A stretch of 64,000 bases of DNA, taken from NCBI GenBank assembly GCA_964016885.1, contig OZ024742.1, positions 247,194,001 to 247,258,000 of the forward strand, given 5' to 3'. Position numbers and translations under genes: made by a program. A model generated the notes under the pieces. That model had not been told where the DNA came from. It did not search any database and saw nothing but the letters and a program-made list of their open reading frames with translations. The stretch is from Eledone cirrhosa (taxonomy: Eukaryota). This document shows, in pieces, positions 15,427 through 30,981 of the stretch (position 1 is the first letter of the stretch; each line of letters begins with the position of its first letter).

Positions 15427-15428
<2 letters not shown>
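15241..15428 (+). mobile_element. tRNA-derived SINE with Deu/Nin-like central domain; also 26130-26317(+), 26755-26928(-), 33478-33645(+), 34148-34257(-), 55305-55410(+), 59812-59970 and 60436-60635(+)
   Basis: Pol III A/B boxes then a GCCTTTCATCCTTACGGGGTCGATAAAATAAAGTACCAG-type core and an (ATT)n-like tail. Confidence 0.85.
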
Positions 15429-15506
<78 letters not shown>

Positions 15507-15538
15507 TAGATCACAGAATATGTGACGAAGGAGCTTTG

Positions 15539-15596
<58 letters not shown>

Positions 15597-15804
15597 TAAT
15601 TTAGGATGATTATGCTGCCAATAAAACTAACAAAACAAATCAGACACACACACCAGCTAGTGACAAGTAAATAAACACATAAATAAATAAATAAATACAT
15701 ACACACCCGTTTGTAACGCATGCACAGACTAAGCGCACAACACACAACACACAAAAAGATGGTAGGGCAGAACAAAGGAGAGACACAAAATAAAAATAAA
15801 CCTA

Positions 15805-15847
15805 GTCACTGAGGAGATCACAGAATATGTGACGAAGGAGCTTTGAC
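15805..15847 (+). ncRNA. Hammerhead family C, mutated core (GAAG)
   Basis: GTCA-CTGAGGA-GATCACA-GAATA-TGTGAC-GAAG-GAGC-TT-TGAC. Confidence 0.6.
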
Positions 15848-16043
15848 AATATATAAACAACCTTCCGGTTATCGAACCAACCAACCAACCAACCAACCTA
15901 CCAACCAACCAACCAACCAACCAGCCGGGAACCTATAACAATTTGAAGTGAATACTAAGAGGTGTGCGTCTTTTTATTGGCAACATGACCCTACCAAAGT
16001 ATGACAATATCTGTTTCATTACAAGTTTTCAGATAAGAAATCG

Positions 16044-16078
<35 letters not shown>

Positions 16079-16500
16079 AAAATATATGTATTTATATATA
16101 TATATATATACAAAAATATATGTATTTATATATATATATATATACATATATGGATATAGATATATACACGTGTGTGTAAATCTTTCCTTTGCTTCTATAT
16201 AGGTGTGACAGAATAAAAAAAATCGCCAGAGAGACATATGAATGTATGTACGTATGTATCAATACTTGTATGTCGAATGCATTATGAGCTGAATTTGGTA
16301 GACGGAAGCTTACTGGAAAGCCGTCGAGTGGGAGCGATTTCACTTTTCATTTCTGCTGTAGAATAGATAAAAGTTGTGATGCCAACAATTGTAGTGAATT
16401 TCCAAGATTCAGAAATATTTGCAGCTGCATCTGATTCAGAAGACCAGCAGAACACGGATCTTCGTGGCATTTATTTATTATTAATCTTCGTCTCTCATAA

Positions 16501-16538
<38 letters not shown>

Positions 16539-16681
16539 TAAAATTAGTCCTTCATCAGTGATCTTCCAACTTTCATTGGTATTTCATCACTTTAAAAATC
16601 ATATACGTCTGGTTGGTGCGAGCAATAACTAAATAAAGTTATTGGGACAAGTAAAATAGGGTGAAACTAGCGAGACATGTA

Positions 16682-16719
<38 letters not shown>

Positions 16720-16726
<7 letters not shown>

Positions 16727-17481
16727 AAAGTTATATTTAAATTGTTGGGTTAACAACGAGTAAATATTTATAACTGATATAAAAGCACTCAACAAGTATT
16801 TGGAGTATATTTATGATATTAAATAAATGGAAACTATATTTATAAAACCATATTTATTTCGTTATATATATTTCAGGGATATCATATTAACAATATGTTA
16901 TGCCATCTTCAGACAAAATACAATATAAACAGTCTTATAAATAAATAGATACGACATACCTTTCAATCACCTTGCATTTGTGAGGTTGATTTGGCAGTAA
17001 AAAATATTGTGGACAGTTGTAAAAAGAAAGAGATAAAGAGAGAAAGACAGAGAAACGGAGAAAAAGAAGAAATGTATGTGACTAAATAGAGGGATATAGA
17101 AAGATAGATAAAGAGAAGAACTTCATGTAAAGAAACAGAGAGAAATATATATATTTCTCTCTGTTTCTTTACATGAAGTTCTTCTCTTTATCTATCTTTC
17201 TATATCCCTCTATTTAGTCACATACATTTCTTCTTTTTCTTCGTTTCTCTGTCTTTCTCTCTTTATCTCTTTCTTTTTACAACTGTCCACAATATTTTTT
17301 ACTGCCAAATCAACCTCACAAATGCAAGGTGATTGAAAGGTATGTCGTATCTATTTATTTATAAGACTGTTTATATTGTATTTTGTCTGAAGATGGCATA
17401 ACATATTGTTAATATGATATCCCTGAAATATATATAACGAAATAAATATGGTTTTATAAATATAGTTTCCATTTATTTAAT

Positions 17482-17485
<4 letters not shown>
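16720..17485. mobile_element. Family B long fold-back (arms about 340 bp, apex about 17150); HHRs at 16855-16920(-) and 17379-17444(+)
   Basis: Near-perfect inverted repeat; TATTTTGT-CTGAAGA...CCT-GAAA-TATATA-TA-ACGAAATA. Confidence 0.85.
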
Positions 17486-17518
<33 letters not shown>

Positions 17519-17599
17519 GTGAGTTTTTTTTTGTTTTTTTTTACAAAATGAAAAATAACCGAGGTGTCCTACACGAGTGAAAGTATAAAAAAGATGAAA

Positions 17600-17822
17600 T
17601 CGAAAGTATAAAAAAGATGAAATCGAAAATGCAACTTGAGTCTTGTTTAAAAAAGTATATATATATTTATTTGGTTCCTTTACCGGTTTCGCAGTTCTTC
17701 TGCTTTTCAAAAGTCTTTTGAGAAGCGGAAAAACTGCGAAACCGGTAAAGGAACCAAATAAATATATATATTTTTTTTAAAATAAGACTCCAGTTGCATT
17801 TTCGATTTCATCTTTTTTTCTT
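17600..17822. repeat. Fold-back with hammerhead 3' half, family M
   Basis: CTGC-GAAA(17738)-CCGG-TA-AAGG mirrored about an apex near 17714. Confidence 0.65.
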
Positions 17823-17834
17823 TATATATATATA

Positions 17835-17900
<66 letters not shown>

Positions 17901-18026
17901 TATACATATATATTTATATATAAATATAAATGTATGCATACATACACATATATATATACGCATATATATACATATACTAACACATTGTACTGCAATCTTC
18001 GCGATTGTTTTTGTTTTCTGTTTTAG

Positions 18027-18155
<129 letters not shown>

Positions 18156-18359
18156 GGAAGCAGAAAATTGCTTATTGTAATCCAGTACGTGGTTAAGACA
18201 ACCAATTTCATGGACGGTTTCAACGTACGGTTACAACAATTATTATTGAATGGCTGCTACTTGCAGTATAGCAATATAAGGTTGAACTTACCAATGAAAC
18301 GGTCGTAAATACCTGGATAAAATCCTTTTTTTAATGCTTACCTGTGTTTTCTCTTTTAT

Positions 18360-18442
<83 letters not shown>

Positions 18443-18503
18443 TATATGTATACATATATATACGCGCACACACACATATATATACATATATACATTCTTA
18501 TAA

Positions 18504-18579
<76 letters not shown>

Positions 18580-19595
18580 CGTTTGTAGTTAGAAAGCCAG
18601 AACAATGCAGGTATGGATATAGAATATGAATACAAATGCAAAAATATTGCTGACAATTAGTCTTTTACCTTAAATTTATTTGAATATCCTTAATTTTCGA
18701 GATAAAATCTCTTCTTTGGGAGGGGAGTAAAGGGGTTAATCTAGTGTTCTTATAAGCTTGCCAAGTCATTATGAGAGGAAATAATAAAGAATTTCGATCC
18801 TATTTCTAATGTCAAAGAGTGAAGGTTAGGTGGATAAAGCGTAATCTCCCTTTACATGTGTTTGGACATGTATGTCTAAGTGTTAGTGAGAGAATACGCG
18901 AAGGTGTAAGCATGCGTGTGAGTGTGCATGTGTGTGTGTGAGTGTGAACGGACATGTTTATATGTAAATGTGGCGGCTAGATGTTCTATCATGTTAAAAC
19001 TGGTCTATGTGTGTGTATGTGTGTATGTGAGAGGGAATAAGTGAAGGTGTAAGCGTGCGTGTGTGTGTGTGCGTGTGTGTGCGTGTGTGTGAGATGGTAC
19101 GTAGAGGTGTAAGTGTGGGGCTAGGTGCTCTATCATGTTAATAATTAGGTGTTGAGTTCTTGTCTGTTATTGATTGGTGGTTGTGTTTTGTCTATAATAA
19201 GTGCCTCTTTAATTCTAAGATTGCCTAGGTTTCTTTCCTTAGCTTCTATCCTGACTATTATGTTTTTGTCGGTGTTTTTGCATTTCACTATGTGTTTCTT
19301 AAATGAGGAAGCGTTAGCGTTGAGGTGTTCTTTTATTCTAATGTGAAGTGGTCTGGTGTTGCTACCTATGTAGAAATTACTGCATTTGTCGCACTCTAAT
19401 CTGTATACGACGTAAGCCTGGTGGCTTAAGTCTGTGTCGTCGAAGGGGCAGTTGGCTAGCCTGCAGCGGATGTCATGTCTGGTGGAGTGTCTTTTGGTTA
19501 GCTGTCCGCGTAGAGAAGGTCCTGAGTGGGCTAGCTGGATATCTAGTCCCTCTCGTCTGATAGCTATTCTGATGGCTGTTGATTTTCGGATGGCT
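18580..19595 (-). mobile_element. 5'-truncated Penelope-like element, GIY-YIG endonuclease plus 3' UTR
   Basis: YVVYRLECDKCSNFYIGSNTRPLHIRIKEHLN...LRIKEALII..PPINNRQE; homologous to the 50412..51239 ORF. Confidence 0.88.
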
Positions 19596-19596
19596 G

Positions 19597-20110
19597 ATGA
19601 TTTTCAGCAAACACGCGGAGTACTTAGCTTTGATAAGCACCAAAAAGTGTGAAACAGAGCTCTGTCATCTTTATCTCCCTTGTTTGCTGAAAATTAAAGT
19701 AAGTGAGACTGTCACTATTCTAAACAATAGCGTAAGTCTTCGAAATACTTTTAATTAAGCATACAGTGTACTGCAAAATACACTATATATACGTTCATAT
19801 ATATATCGCTATTTCAGAGCACCAATTTCTGCTTGACCGGCAACCGCTCTGTATAATCAGTTCCTGATTATTACTAGAATTCTATAAGAATCAAACATTC
19901 ATGATTTTCAGCAAACAGTTGGAGTACTTAGCTTCGATAAGCAACAAAAAGTGCGAAACGGAGCTCTGTCTGCTTTATCTCCCCTGTTTGCTGAAAATTA
20001 AAGTAAGTGAGACTGTCACTACTCTAAAACAATAGCGTAAGGTCTTCGAAATGCTTTTAATTAAGCATACAGTGTATTGCAAAATGCACTATATATACAT
20101 TCACATATAT
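19597..20110 (+). mobile_element. Tandem 304-nt HHR-bearing unit, family E; HHRs at 19626-19670 and 19930-19974
   Basis: ATGATTTTCAGCAAACA at 19597 and 19901; AGCT-TTGATAA-GCAC-CAAAAA-GTGT-GAAA-CAGAGCTCTG-TC-ATCT. Confidence 0.75.
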
Positions 20111-20269
20111 ATATACATACTTTTACCAGTTGAGATGTATAAAGTAATTACAATACCAGATATATGTTTCAAGTAACTCTTTAGAAAATGTGTCTGTTTC
20201 AATAGCTAAAATGGTTTTAGATAAAGTATAAAATGAAACTTACCACAAATATCGCTGCGTTTCCACCGT

Positions 20270-20790
20270 GGACTCTTTCAGCCTCCACCCGCTTTCCTGT
20301 TTCCACGCCATGCTGCCCTCAACGACTTCATTAAGAATGGCTTGGACGCTGCAGGCTTCCCTTCCCAGCTCGAGCCGGTGGGGCTGGATCAAGGGGACGG
20401 CAAAAGACTAGACGGAATGACCATTTCCCGTTCCGTGGTGGCAAACCTCTCATGTGGGATGCCACTTGCACCGACACTTTCTGCAACCGCAACCTGGTGC
20501 AGTCTGCGACTGACCCTACACTAAGGGCTGAGGGGGCCAAACTCCTCAAATATCCGTCACTCTCCGACAAGTTTGCGGTCGTACCCCTGGCAGTGGAGAC
20601 TTCTGGTGTCCTCGGCCCCAGGGCTACCTCATTACTTACCACCATAGGCGCTGAGCTGGCCAGCCGCAGGTGTGAGCCCCGCGAGTTGGGGTGACTTTTC
20701 CAGCAGGTCTCCCTTGCCGTCCTTCGGGGAAACGCCATCTCCATTCTGTCTGCGTACCGCTGGAGTTGTTGTAGAAGAAACATGAAGACA
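20270..20790 (+). pseudogene. CRE-clade non-LTR retrotransposon C-terminus (restriction-like endonuclease)
   Basis: RHAALNDFI..LEPVGLDQGDGKRLDG..WDATCTDT..K..KY..VPLAVETSGVLG..SLAVLRGNA. Confidence 0.85.
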
Positions 20791-20849
20791 ACAACTGGAA
20801 AGTTTGATTTTCTACTTTATATATCTACATATATATATATATAGAGAGA

Positions 20850-21374
20850 GATAAATGGAAAAGAATAAAAGAAATTTCATTTCCCACTCTTAGTACGGCT
20901 GATACCTAAATATAAGTATGTATACGTACATACATATATGAGTACAGACGCACAGTAGTATGTATATATATACCTACATGCACACATATATATATGCACG
21001 TATGGGTTTACTGAACATTTATTATAATGTTCGGTTTGTTTGTAAACAAACAGCCCGAATTACGCCGTACAGTGCTTGGCAACCATCGTCTACCTTTTGT
21101 TCAACACTGACACAGGAACGATGTTTAGGTATCAGCCGTACTAAGAGTGAGAAATGAAATTTTGTTTCATTCTTTTCCATTCATCGTTTTCGGTATTCCC
21201 GGACGACTAACTCACCCGATATGCAAATTAGGCTGCTCAGCCGTTAATATGCATAAGGAAAGTATATACTTTCAGACGTTCAATCATCTGACAGAAAGGT
21301 ATACGATGCTGACGATAGCTAATAATCTTGAAACTAGTACATCGTTCCTGTGTTAGTGTTGAACAAAAGGGCGA

Positions 21375-21377
<3 letters not shown>
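20850..21377. mobile_element. Family A repeat, inverted plus direct; HHR at 21303-21345(+)
   Basis: ACGATG-CTGACGA-TAGC-TAATAA-TCTT-GAAA-CTAG-TA-CATCGT. Confidence 0.8.
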
Positions 21378-21447
<70 letters not shown>

Positions 21448-21678
21448 TAAAATAAACTGTATTCCGTTTATCTTTCACCGAAAGTGATATTTCATTGCAT
21501 CTCTTCTTTCCATGATATCCGGATTGGACACTACCGTAAACTCTTGGTAGATTTATCTACATATATATATATATATATATATATACACGATAGTTTCAGA
21601 AGATCCCGTTATGGGTGAAAGCAGCGATTCTTTGCTTAATCTTTAATCTGTTATTTTAATAAATATATAAATAAATAA

Positions 21679-21719
<41 letters not shown>

Positions 21720-21734
21720 TACATATATATATAC

Positions 21735-22047
21735 CAGACCTGAAAAATGCGCAACCCCAAAAGAGCCACAGAACGTTATAATAAACCTTCAAAAGTGTGG
21801 GACTAGAGTTGTTGCTAACAGATATTGTAATCATGATCTATCGTACACTTTGTGGCATCCTTTTATAAAAAAAGAGACTCATAGCGAACTCAAGATGACA
21901 CGATAATTATTTCATCTAATGTTCAATATCTCATATTAGATGTTTAGTAATGATTAATACGAAATGCACTTAAACCGAATTCTATATTATAAATTCACTT
22001 AAATAACATTCTGTGTCTCTTTTGAGCTTGCGCATTTTTCAGGTCTA
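21735..22047. mobile_element. MITE with about 30-bp terminal inverted repeats (hAT-like CAG start)
   Basis: CAGACCTGAAAAATGCGCAA...TTGCGCATTTTTCAGGTCTA; no clear target-site duplication. Confidence 0.7.
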
Positions 22048-22459
22048 GTTTAATATTTTTTTAAGGCAACGCTTGTAATAACTCTAGTTAAACATGATAT
22101 ATATTAATAATAAATTATTGTTGTAATGTAATTAGGTTATATAATTTTTATTTTATAAATGATCTCATAAATATTATTGTAAGATGTATAGCATTAATTT
22201 CAGACTTTTAATATAAACAACTACAAAAACATTTAATATTAAATAAATATATTTTACATAATAATTGTTATAGTTGAATTAATAAAAATTAAATATTACA
22301 TACAAATAGTCTAACATAATAATAATAAAATAATCTAACATAAAACGAACATTAATATGGACAAATATACAAGTAAATATGATACAACCAATATTATAAG
22401 CATGTTAAAACAAACTGAAAAAAAAAAGTTATATATATATATATATATGTATAAAATAG

Positions 22460-22528
<69 letters not shown>

Positions 22529-22530
<2 letters not shown>

Positions 22531-23141
22531 ATAGTCCTGCGCTAAGAACATGAAGGCCCACATCACCAGCAGCCCTAGGAGCAACGCCCCACCAGAATGC
22601 ACTTACCGTAAGCTCGAAGCTGGTCCTCATCAACAGCAATGCAACACACCCGCTGTAAGTTATGAAGCTGTGATCACTTCCAACCGACCAAATCAAGCAC
22701 AGGAGGTCAAATCCTATGTGGGTATGGCTGAGAGCCGATTTAAGGAACGTTTCCTGAACCACCAGTCAACCTTTAGCTACCCGGACAGACGTTCATCAAC
22801 GAAACTCGCGAGCCACGTATGGTCCCTCAAGGACTCAAGTATAGACTACTCCATTCAATGGAAAGCCATCACTAAGTCCAAGCCATACGCAAGGGGCAAT
22901 CCGTCGTGTGGAATATGTATTGATGAACGAATAAATATTCTAAAGAGATTATGCAATAGTGATTGCCTAAACACGAGAAATTAATTCTTCACACGTTGTC
23001 CACACGTCTGGAAACACCTCTTACATAACTACAAAGCTCCGGATTGAATCACAACAATATCCTAATTTTCTTATCAACTAGAAACTTTCGGACTTTCGCA
23101 GTTATCTCCCTTACACCTCTCGCACGCTTTTTAGTATTGCC

Positions 23142-23145
<4 letters not shown>
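22529..23145 (+). mobile_element. Penelope-like GIY-YIG endonuclease fragment between (TA)n tracts
   Basis: ORF 22550..22984: AVSYEAVI...SYVGMAESRFKERFLNH...CGICIDER...CLNTRN. Confidence 0.9.
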
Positions 23146-23230
<85 letters not shown>

Positions 23231-24110
23231 CGGTCTCATAACGCTGTGTTCTAGACGACTATCATCATCCTTTTGTCCTAGCCGTATTAGAGAGAAACAA
23301 TCGACAATTGTTTCAGAGTTATTGCACCTTGTCAAGATTGTGCATATCTCCGTTTCTGCTACACACTATAACGTTTGAGAACATATTAATATTCTATAAA
23401 ATATACATCGGCTTATAAGCCTAATTTGTAAACCGAACAACCTTACCGCTGGCTTTGACGAAAATTAAAAACAAAATTTGTTTTCACTCTAACATAGCGG
23501 ATACGTAAATGCAATTGTCGATTGTTTACCTATGCTGCCGCAAGAACAACGTAATGACGATATTTGTCTAAAATACACCGCGTTTCACGCCGTTTGCTTG
23601 CAAATGAATTGAATATTAAAGATGTTATTATAATATTATCATTTGATAGAAAACTCACGAATGCATCTACGTATCCGCAATATCAGAGCGAACATTTTTG
23701 TTCGTAATGTCTACACACCTCTGGCCATTAATTCTGGATTCATTCTTCCATAAGAGCTTCTTTAAATCGTGTAAGAAACTGATATTATGGCCAATTTATT
23801 CATCATAAATAAACATATATATATATATATATCATAAATTATGTCCATAGAATCATTTGATAAAATATATACATTATTTCCACTCCCGACTAACATAATT
23901 AACCACATAAAATATCAATTAGGCCAGGCTATAAGAATAATAAAATATTTGATAAATAAACGAAAGTTGCCTCTTCGCGGCTGACCGCAATAGAATATTT
24001 ACCCAACATTTCGACAGCATGTAGAAATTGACTAAATATACCGTCAACCTCACTCAATTAGGTATAAATTTAAAGTTAAAAGAAATGCGTACATTCTTAC
24101 CGTGATTACA

Positions 24111-24186
24111 TCCCTACGATGGTTTCGTTCGTATTTTGAGATATCCTATTACGGATAAATCTCGAGTATCGAACTCATCAGGAGAC
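24111..24186 (-). ncRNA. Hammerhead family F, long stem II, stem I disrupted
   Basis: CTGATGA-GTTCG...GAGAT..ATCC-GTAATA-GGATATCTC...CGAAC-GAAA-CCA-TC. Confidence 0.6.
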
Positions 24187-24368
24187 AAATACACACACAC
24201 ACACACACGCACACACACACACACACACACGCACACACATATATATATATATACAAAATTAAATTAAGGGAGTCATGTCCGAGACATGCGCCATATCCAC
24301 CGTAGAATAAGCTAAAAGATTCCAATAAATTGATCCGACCATTTTGTATCAACTAGAAATTGATTGAC

Positions 24369-24401
<33 letters not shown>

Positions 24402-24498
24402 TTTAAAAGGTATCTATATTTGAAGTTCTAGTTAAACATTAATTAGTTACCTACCTAGCTGTGTGTGCTTACACACTTTACAAATTATCCCCTGTGAT

Positions 24499-24573
<75 letters not shown>

Positions 24574-24660
24574 TTAATTTCTAGTAGATATATATATATA
24601 TATATACAGTTCTAGTCCTGTTGAAGCCATTTCTCTCTCTCTATATATATATATAGAAAT

Positions 24661-24711
24661 GGCTTCTACAGGACTAGAACTGTTTCATTCGGTTTAAATC
24701 ATCAGGAAGCC
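24661..24711 (-). ncRNA. Hammerhead family G
   Basis: GGCTTC-CTGATGA-TTTAAACCGAAT-GAAA-CAG-TTCTAGTC-CTG-TA-GAAGCC; stems I and III perfect, stem II weak. Confidence 0.75.
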
Positions 24712-24899
24712 GACTGTCCATGTAATATGGTTGTATTTATAGTTTTTTCTGGTGGAAGTAGAGGGTGGTGATTGGGATGTGTGCAGGTCATTGGTTGATG
24801 GATTTAAAGAAAGGGTTTCTTTAAAAGATATGTTTAGAGAAGCAAAGGCTGAAAAAAATTCAAGCTGGCAAACTATAGACAAACTCACGCTGAGAGGCA

Positions 24900-26725
24900 C
24901 TCCTAATTAAATGAACCTTAAAATAGTTTGTTTACAAGTCCGCAGATAAACGCATATACGATATTGGGCGATATGTTCTTTCACCCACGTTCGTCATCCA
25001 TTACTACGTGAAACACTCGGTCAAGAACATGAAGTTGACAGCCAATTAATTGTAGTTCTGCCAGTTTCTTTTGAGCAAATAGTCCTGTACTCGGTGTCGA
25101 CATTCATAGTGCCCGCAGCAATTATTTTTATGCTCTTCTATAAATTGTATTCATCTAGAACAGCTGTAATTCCTTTGACAACAGTATCCGCTTTTTCCAT
25201 TTGGTAGACCTAATGCTTCTAACTTAACTTCTCTTCTTATATTCTTCAAAACGAGCACTTGATATTCTTGGCTATCAATTCGTTTACCACAAAAATGCAA
25301 TGACCATTTTACTAAGTGTAGTGTTTTCTTCATTTCTTCTTTAAATTTAACTGCTTCTTTGATAGTAGATCTGTAAATACCAGATTGAGAAGGTGTATCA
25401 AGGTCAATAGTTTCCTGAGATAACTGCTGACAAACACTTGCTTCTTTGCTGGTTGATAAGTTTGAAGATGTAACTAATTTGGTTGCAGTTTTGGTTTTGC
25501 TATACGTCTTGTAAATTCATCTCTAGGACTTTCGAACTCTTCATATTCACTCTTTGATTGGGTCTCTGATTCGGAAGTTGACGTTCTTGTTGTTGTTGTT
25601 ACTGTTGTTGTAGTTCGCTCCAATGTGACGTTCGATTTGTAACTCGCAGTCTCTCCAGTTGTATATCCAGCGTGTCTTTTGCTTTCGATCTGAAGATGAT
25701 GAAATTCCATGTCTTCACTATACAGCCATTCACCACGTTTTTTGTGATGTAAAAACTTTTATTCAATGAATCATATGTTCCTCGTTTTACACTCATCGTA
25801 GGTATTTAACATTTGATCCAGTTTTGCTTGTATGACTTGAGTTGATAAATTTGGAAAATTTTATTTCAATGGCCCTAAACCTGTTACTTTTTTTTAGTGA
25901 TTTATTTTATATTGTCTTTCCTTCCTTTGATGGATGCTCCAATGAACAGATAGCGACCAACAATTTGTATTTGAAGTAGTATCCTGCTTTTGTTTTCCAG
26001 TGATTATACTTCTGTTGGCACAGTTCTTCTTTTCTTATGTGATTCTTGAAATCTTACGAGATTTTTTTGTCCAGATCTTTTTGCTTCTTTCAGTGGTAGA
26101 AGCAGGTTCTTTTTATAAAACCTTATGCTTGGTGGATTGGCAGTATCGGTAAAGGGTCGGACGCCATGCTTTGACGCATAGAGTTACGGCGCTTGCTATT
26201 CTGAGTTCAAATCCCGCCGAGGCTAATTTGCCTTTCATCCTTACGGGGTCGATAAAATAAAGTACCAGTAATACACTGGGTAATTGCTGACCTTGTTCCA
26301 AAAGTAGAAACAATTATGCTTAAAATTGAATACTTGAAATCTTTCAGCAAGCCAATAGCCTGCTTTCTCAATCAAGAAACTTGTATACTCTGAAAGAAAG
26401 AAGAATATTTGATCACAAATACAACACACATTTCCCATTTCCCTTATCTAAATGACAACCCAACCAGTCCCACAAAATGCACATCATAAATTTTCAGAGA
26501 GTTCTTAAAGGCTTCAAAACGTTATAGAAGGTTCCAGAATGTCATAGAAGGCTCCAGAAAGTCATAGTACTACTATACTTGTATGCGATTTTAGAAATGT
26601 CATGTTGCGGGTAACATTTAAAAAAAAAAAAATTAAACCATTCTTCATTATGTTTGAACAAGAGTTCATCGAATTGTAATAAAGGAAATCAATTATTTTA
26701 CAAAAGGTCAAAAGGTCATAACCCT
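24900..26725 (-). mobile_element. Degenerate hAT (hATm-like) DNA transposon, 5' part, with a SINE inserted at 26130-26317
   Basis: TPSQSGIY..WSLHFCGK (LHFDGK-like)..EYQVLVL..IIAAGTMNVDT..IGCQLHVLD (CxxH); putative end TAGGGTTATGACC at about 26725. Confidence 0.55.
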
Positions 26726-27154
26726 AATAAACGATACATATATATATATATATAATTATTTCTACTCTAGGCACAAGGCCAGCAATTACCCAGTGCATTA
26801 CTGGTACTTTATTTTATCGACCCCGTAAGGATGAAAGGCAAAGTCAACCTCGGCGGGATTTGAACTCAGATCGTAATTATGCTGGAAAGCATGGCGTCAG
26901 ACCCTCTACCGATACTGCCAATCCACCTCATATATACATATAGATACATACACATATAAATATGCATATATATATATAATATATATATATATATATACAT
27001 ATACATACATACACATATAAATATACATATATATATATAATATATATATACATATATACATACACATATGAATATACATATATATACATTTACATTTAAA
27101 TATACATATACATACACACACACACGCACACACACACATATATATATATATATA

Positions 27155-27430
27155 TACAAATACATTAATATCAACTGCAAGTGATCATAAATTGATAAAG
27201 ACGTCCCAAAATGGCAAGCAAAGTGCGGTCTCCACTCTCGCAATGCACTTCTGAGTGACTGGTGGGAGTGGAAGAGTATCATCCACCACGAGCTGCTCTC
27301 ACCAAACATTAGTATAACCTATAACGCCAAATGGCAACAACTTAACAGATGAGTGGCGAATATTGCACAGATCTATCACGCTATTGTTCAGTTTGGTTTC
27401 TTTATGACAACGCTCGGCCGTAAACGTCTC
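27155..27430 (+). pseudogene. Mariner transposase fragment
   Basis: AKCGLHSRNALLSDWWEWKSIIHHELL...QQL...YDNARP. Confidence 0.75.
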
Positions 27431-27615
27431 TCCATCATCAGTCTAACTTGAGTTATCTCCCTTAACGACGTCATTGCGCAAAATCCAGTCAGCTCCTATA
27501 CACTTCCGTTCTCAGCACAATATCACTCGCGTTGAAAATCCGCTAGGTTTAAGCCTCCTCCCCTCCAGTATGGTTTGATAATTTGTTGAGGAACCCTCTC
27601 TCTCCCTCTCTCTCC

Positions 27616-27727
<112 letters not shown>

Positions 27728-28421
27728 AGATTTGAATGGATACAGTTTAGTTGAAAGGAATTTATTGACACGTGTTTCTATAACAGTTACATAACCGGAA
27801 AACAGCTGCTATCTACAAAGTTTTAGTTATGCAGACATTCAATATTTCAATGTTATTATTTACTGTAATTTCATCAGAATAATATTACTGAGGACCTATT
27901 TGGTTTTTATAGAGAATATTAGGAGGGAGGGGTGAAGTTGTTAGAAGAATAGTTGAGGGAGTGGTTTTTTGATAGCAGTGAGCATTTTTGGTGGCAGTGA
28001 GTAATTAGATTCCCATCTGTTGTTTTGACATTTTTATAGAATATATTATTGGTTATTTTTCTAAATCTATAGAAGGATTAGAGATAGTAAAGATATGCGT
28101 GGTTGGTTTTGTGTTTGCACTTAATTAACATTCAGACTTAAATTTTTCTTTCAAGTGTACGTATCCTTTCACCCACGCATTCACACACAAATATATTTGC
28201 ACACCTCTACAAAATACATATACTCACATTCACATATTCATACTTACATACATATACACATGCATACATATATATATACACACATGTATTCATGTACATA
28301 CATACGCGTTCATGTGTATACATTTTCATACTCAACTTATCTTTATATACACACGTATAGACACACACATATATACATACATACTCTAGTCTATGTGTAC
28401 ACATATACATATACATACACA

Positions 28422-28539
<118 letters not shown>

Positions 28540-28559
28540 CACTTTAATACATGAATACA

Positions 28560-29035
28560 CTTACATCTAACTATACACATCAAACATATATATATATTTA
28601 CTTATTTATATACATTTTTAAATATATATACATACTTATGGACGTTTTTAGACACATTCATTATCGCATATTTGCACTTATTCTCATCAGCATATCTTTC
28701 CATTATTAGTGTGGTAATTTAAGGTTATTAATATATGTTGAGAAGAGATTGTTTTTATATTTTTCTAACTAGATTGAGGTTTATATAGTTGGTGGGATGT
28801 CCCTCTTTTATGTAATATTCGGCTTGTAGTGGGAAAAAAGGGTTTTAGTTCTGTTACGGCAGAATAATGTTCGTTCAATTCTGTTATTCAGCAGTTTCTT
28901 CTTGTGTGTGATTATGTAATAAATCTCAAGATTACACAATTTGCAGAAATTTTGGCTCCTGGAAAAGCTTTGGGTTTTAGCTAATTTCTCCCATTAAAAT
29001 GGGAGAAATTAGCTAAAACCCAAAGCTTTTTTACT
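28560..29035 (-). mobile_element. Penelope-like GIY-YIG C-terminus plus 3' UTR, with a 5' fold-back at 28965-29030
   Basis: WEKLAKTQSFSRSQNFCKLCNLEIYYII...LLNNRIE...CRN. Confidence 0.7.
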
Positions 29036-29231
29036 ACATAATACGTTATTAACATGAAAGTTTAAACTTCCATTCATCTTGTCTGCCACCCGGCGTCTTG
29101 TACAAGATGTGTGTGTGTGTGAGTGTGTGCCCACTTAATGTACCATACGCACATTTTCAAGATTCTTTTCTCATGGATAAATATTCTTGAGAGAAAAACA
29201 CAAAGAATCATATTAGATGTAATAAAGGACC

Positions 29232-30451
<1,220 letters not shown>

Positions 30452-30456
<5 letters not shown>

Positions 30457-30941
30457 GGCAAAAATGAAACGAAATTTCATTTCCCACTCTTAGTACGGCT
30501 GTTAATTATATATAAGTATGTACACGTACATACATATATGTATACAGACGTACAGTAGTATGTATATTTCGTTTCATTTTTTCCGTTTATCGTTTTCGGT
30601 GCACCCGGCCGATTAACCCACTCGATATGCAAATTGGGCTACTCAGCCGTTAATATGCATAAGGTAAGTATATACGTTCAACAATCTGGCAGGAAGGTAT
30701 ACGTTGCTGACGATGGATAATAAGCTTGAAACTAGTACAGTGTTCCTTTGCCAGTGTTGAACAAACGAGCAACGATGGTTGCTAGACACTACGGCTTAAT
30801 ACGGGATGTTTGTTTACAAACACACCGAGCATTATAATAAATGTTCGGTGAATCCATACGTCCATATATATGTGTGTGCATGTATGTATATATATATATA
30901 TATACATACTACTGTACGTCTGTATACATATATGTATGTAC

Positions 30942-30950
<9 letters not shown>
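30452..30950. mobile_element. Family A repeat, inverted plus direct; HHR at 30701-30743(+)
   Basis: ACGTTG-CTGACGA-TGGA-TAATAA-GCTT-GAAA-CTAG-TA-CAGTGT. Confidence 0.75.

Positions 30951-30981
<31 letters not shown>

Noticed and set aside
16345-16500. Possible host exon or integrase zinc-binding relic
   Set aside because: Short, ambiguous frame and no recognisable family
18200-18320. Isolated GAAA-CSG-TC half-hammerheads (also about 31060 and 48985) and a lone CTGATGA at about 16555
   Set aside because: Only one half of the core is present and no partner stem could be assigned
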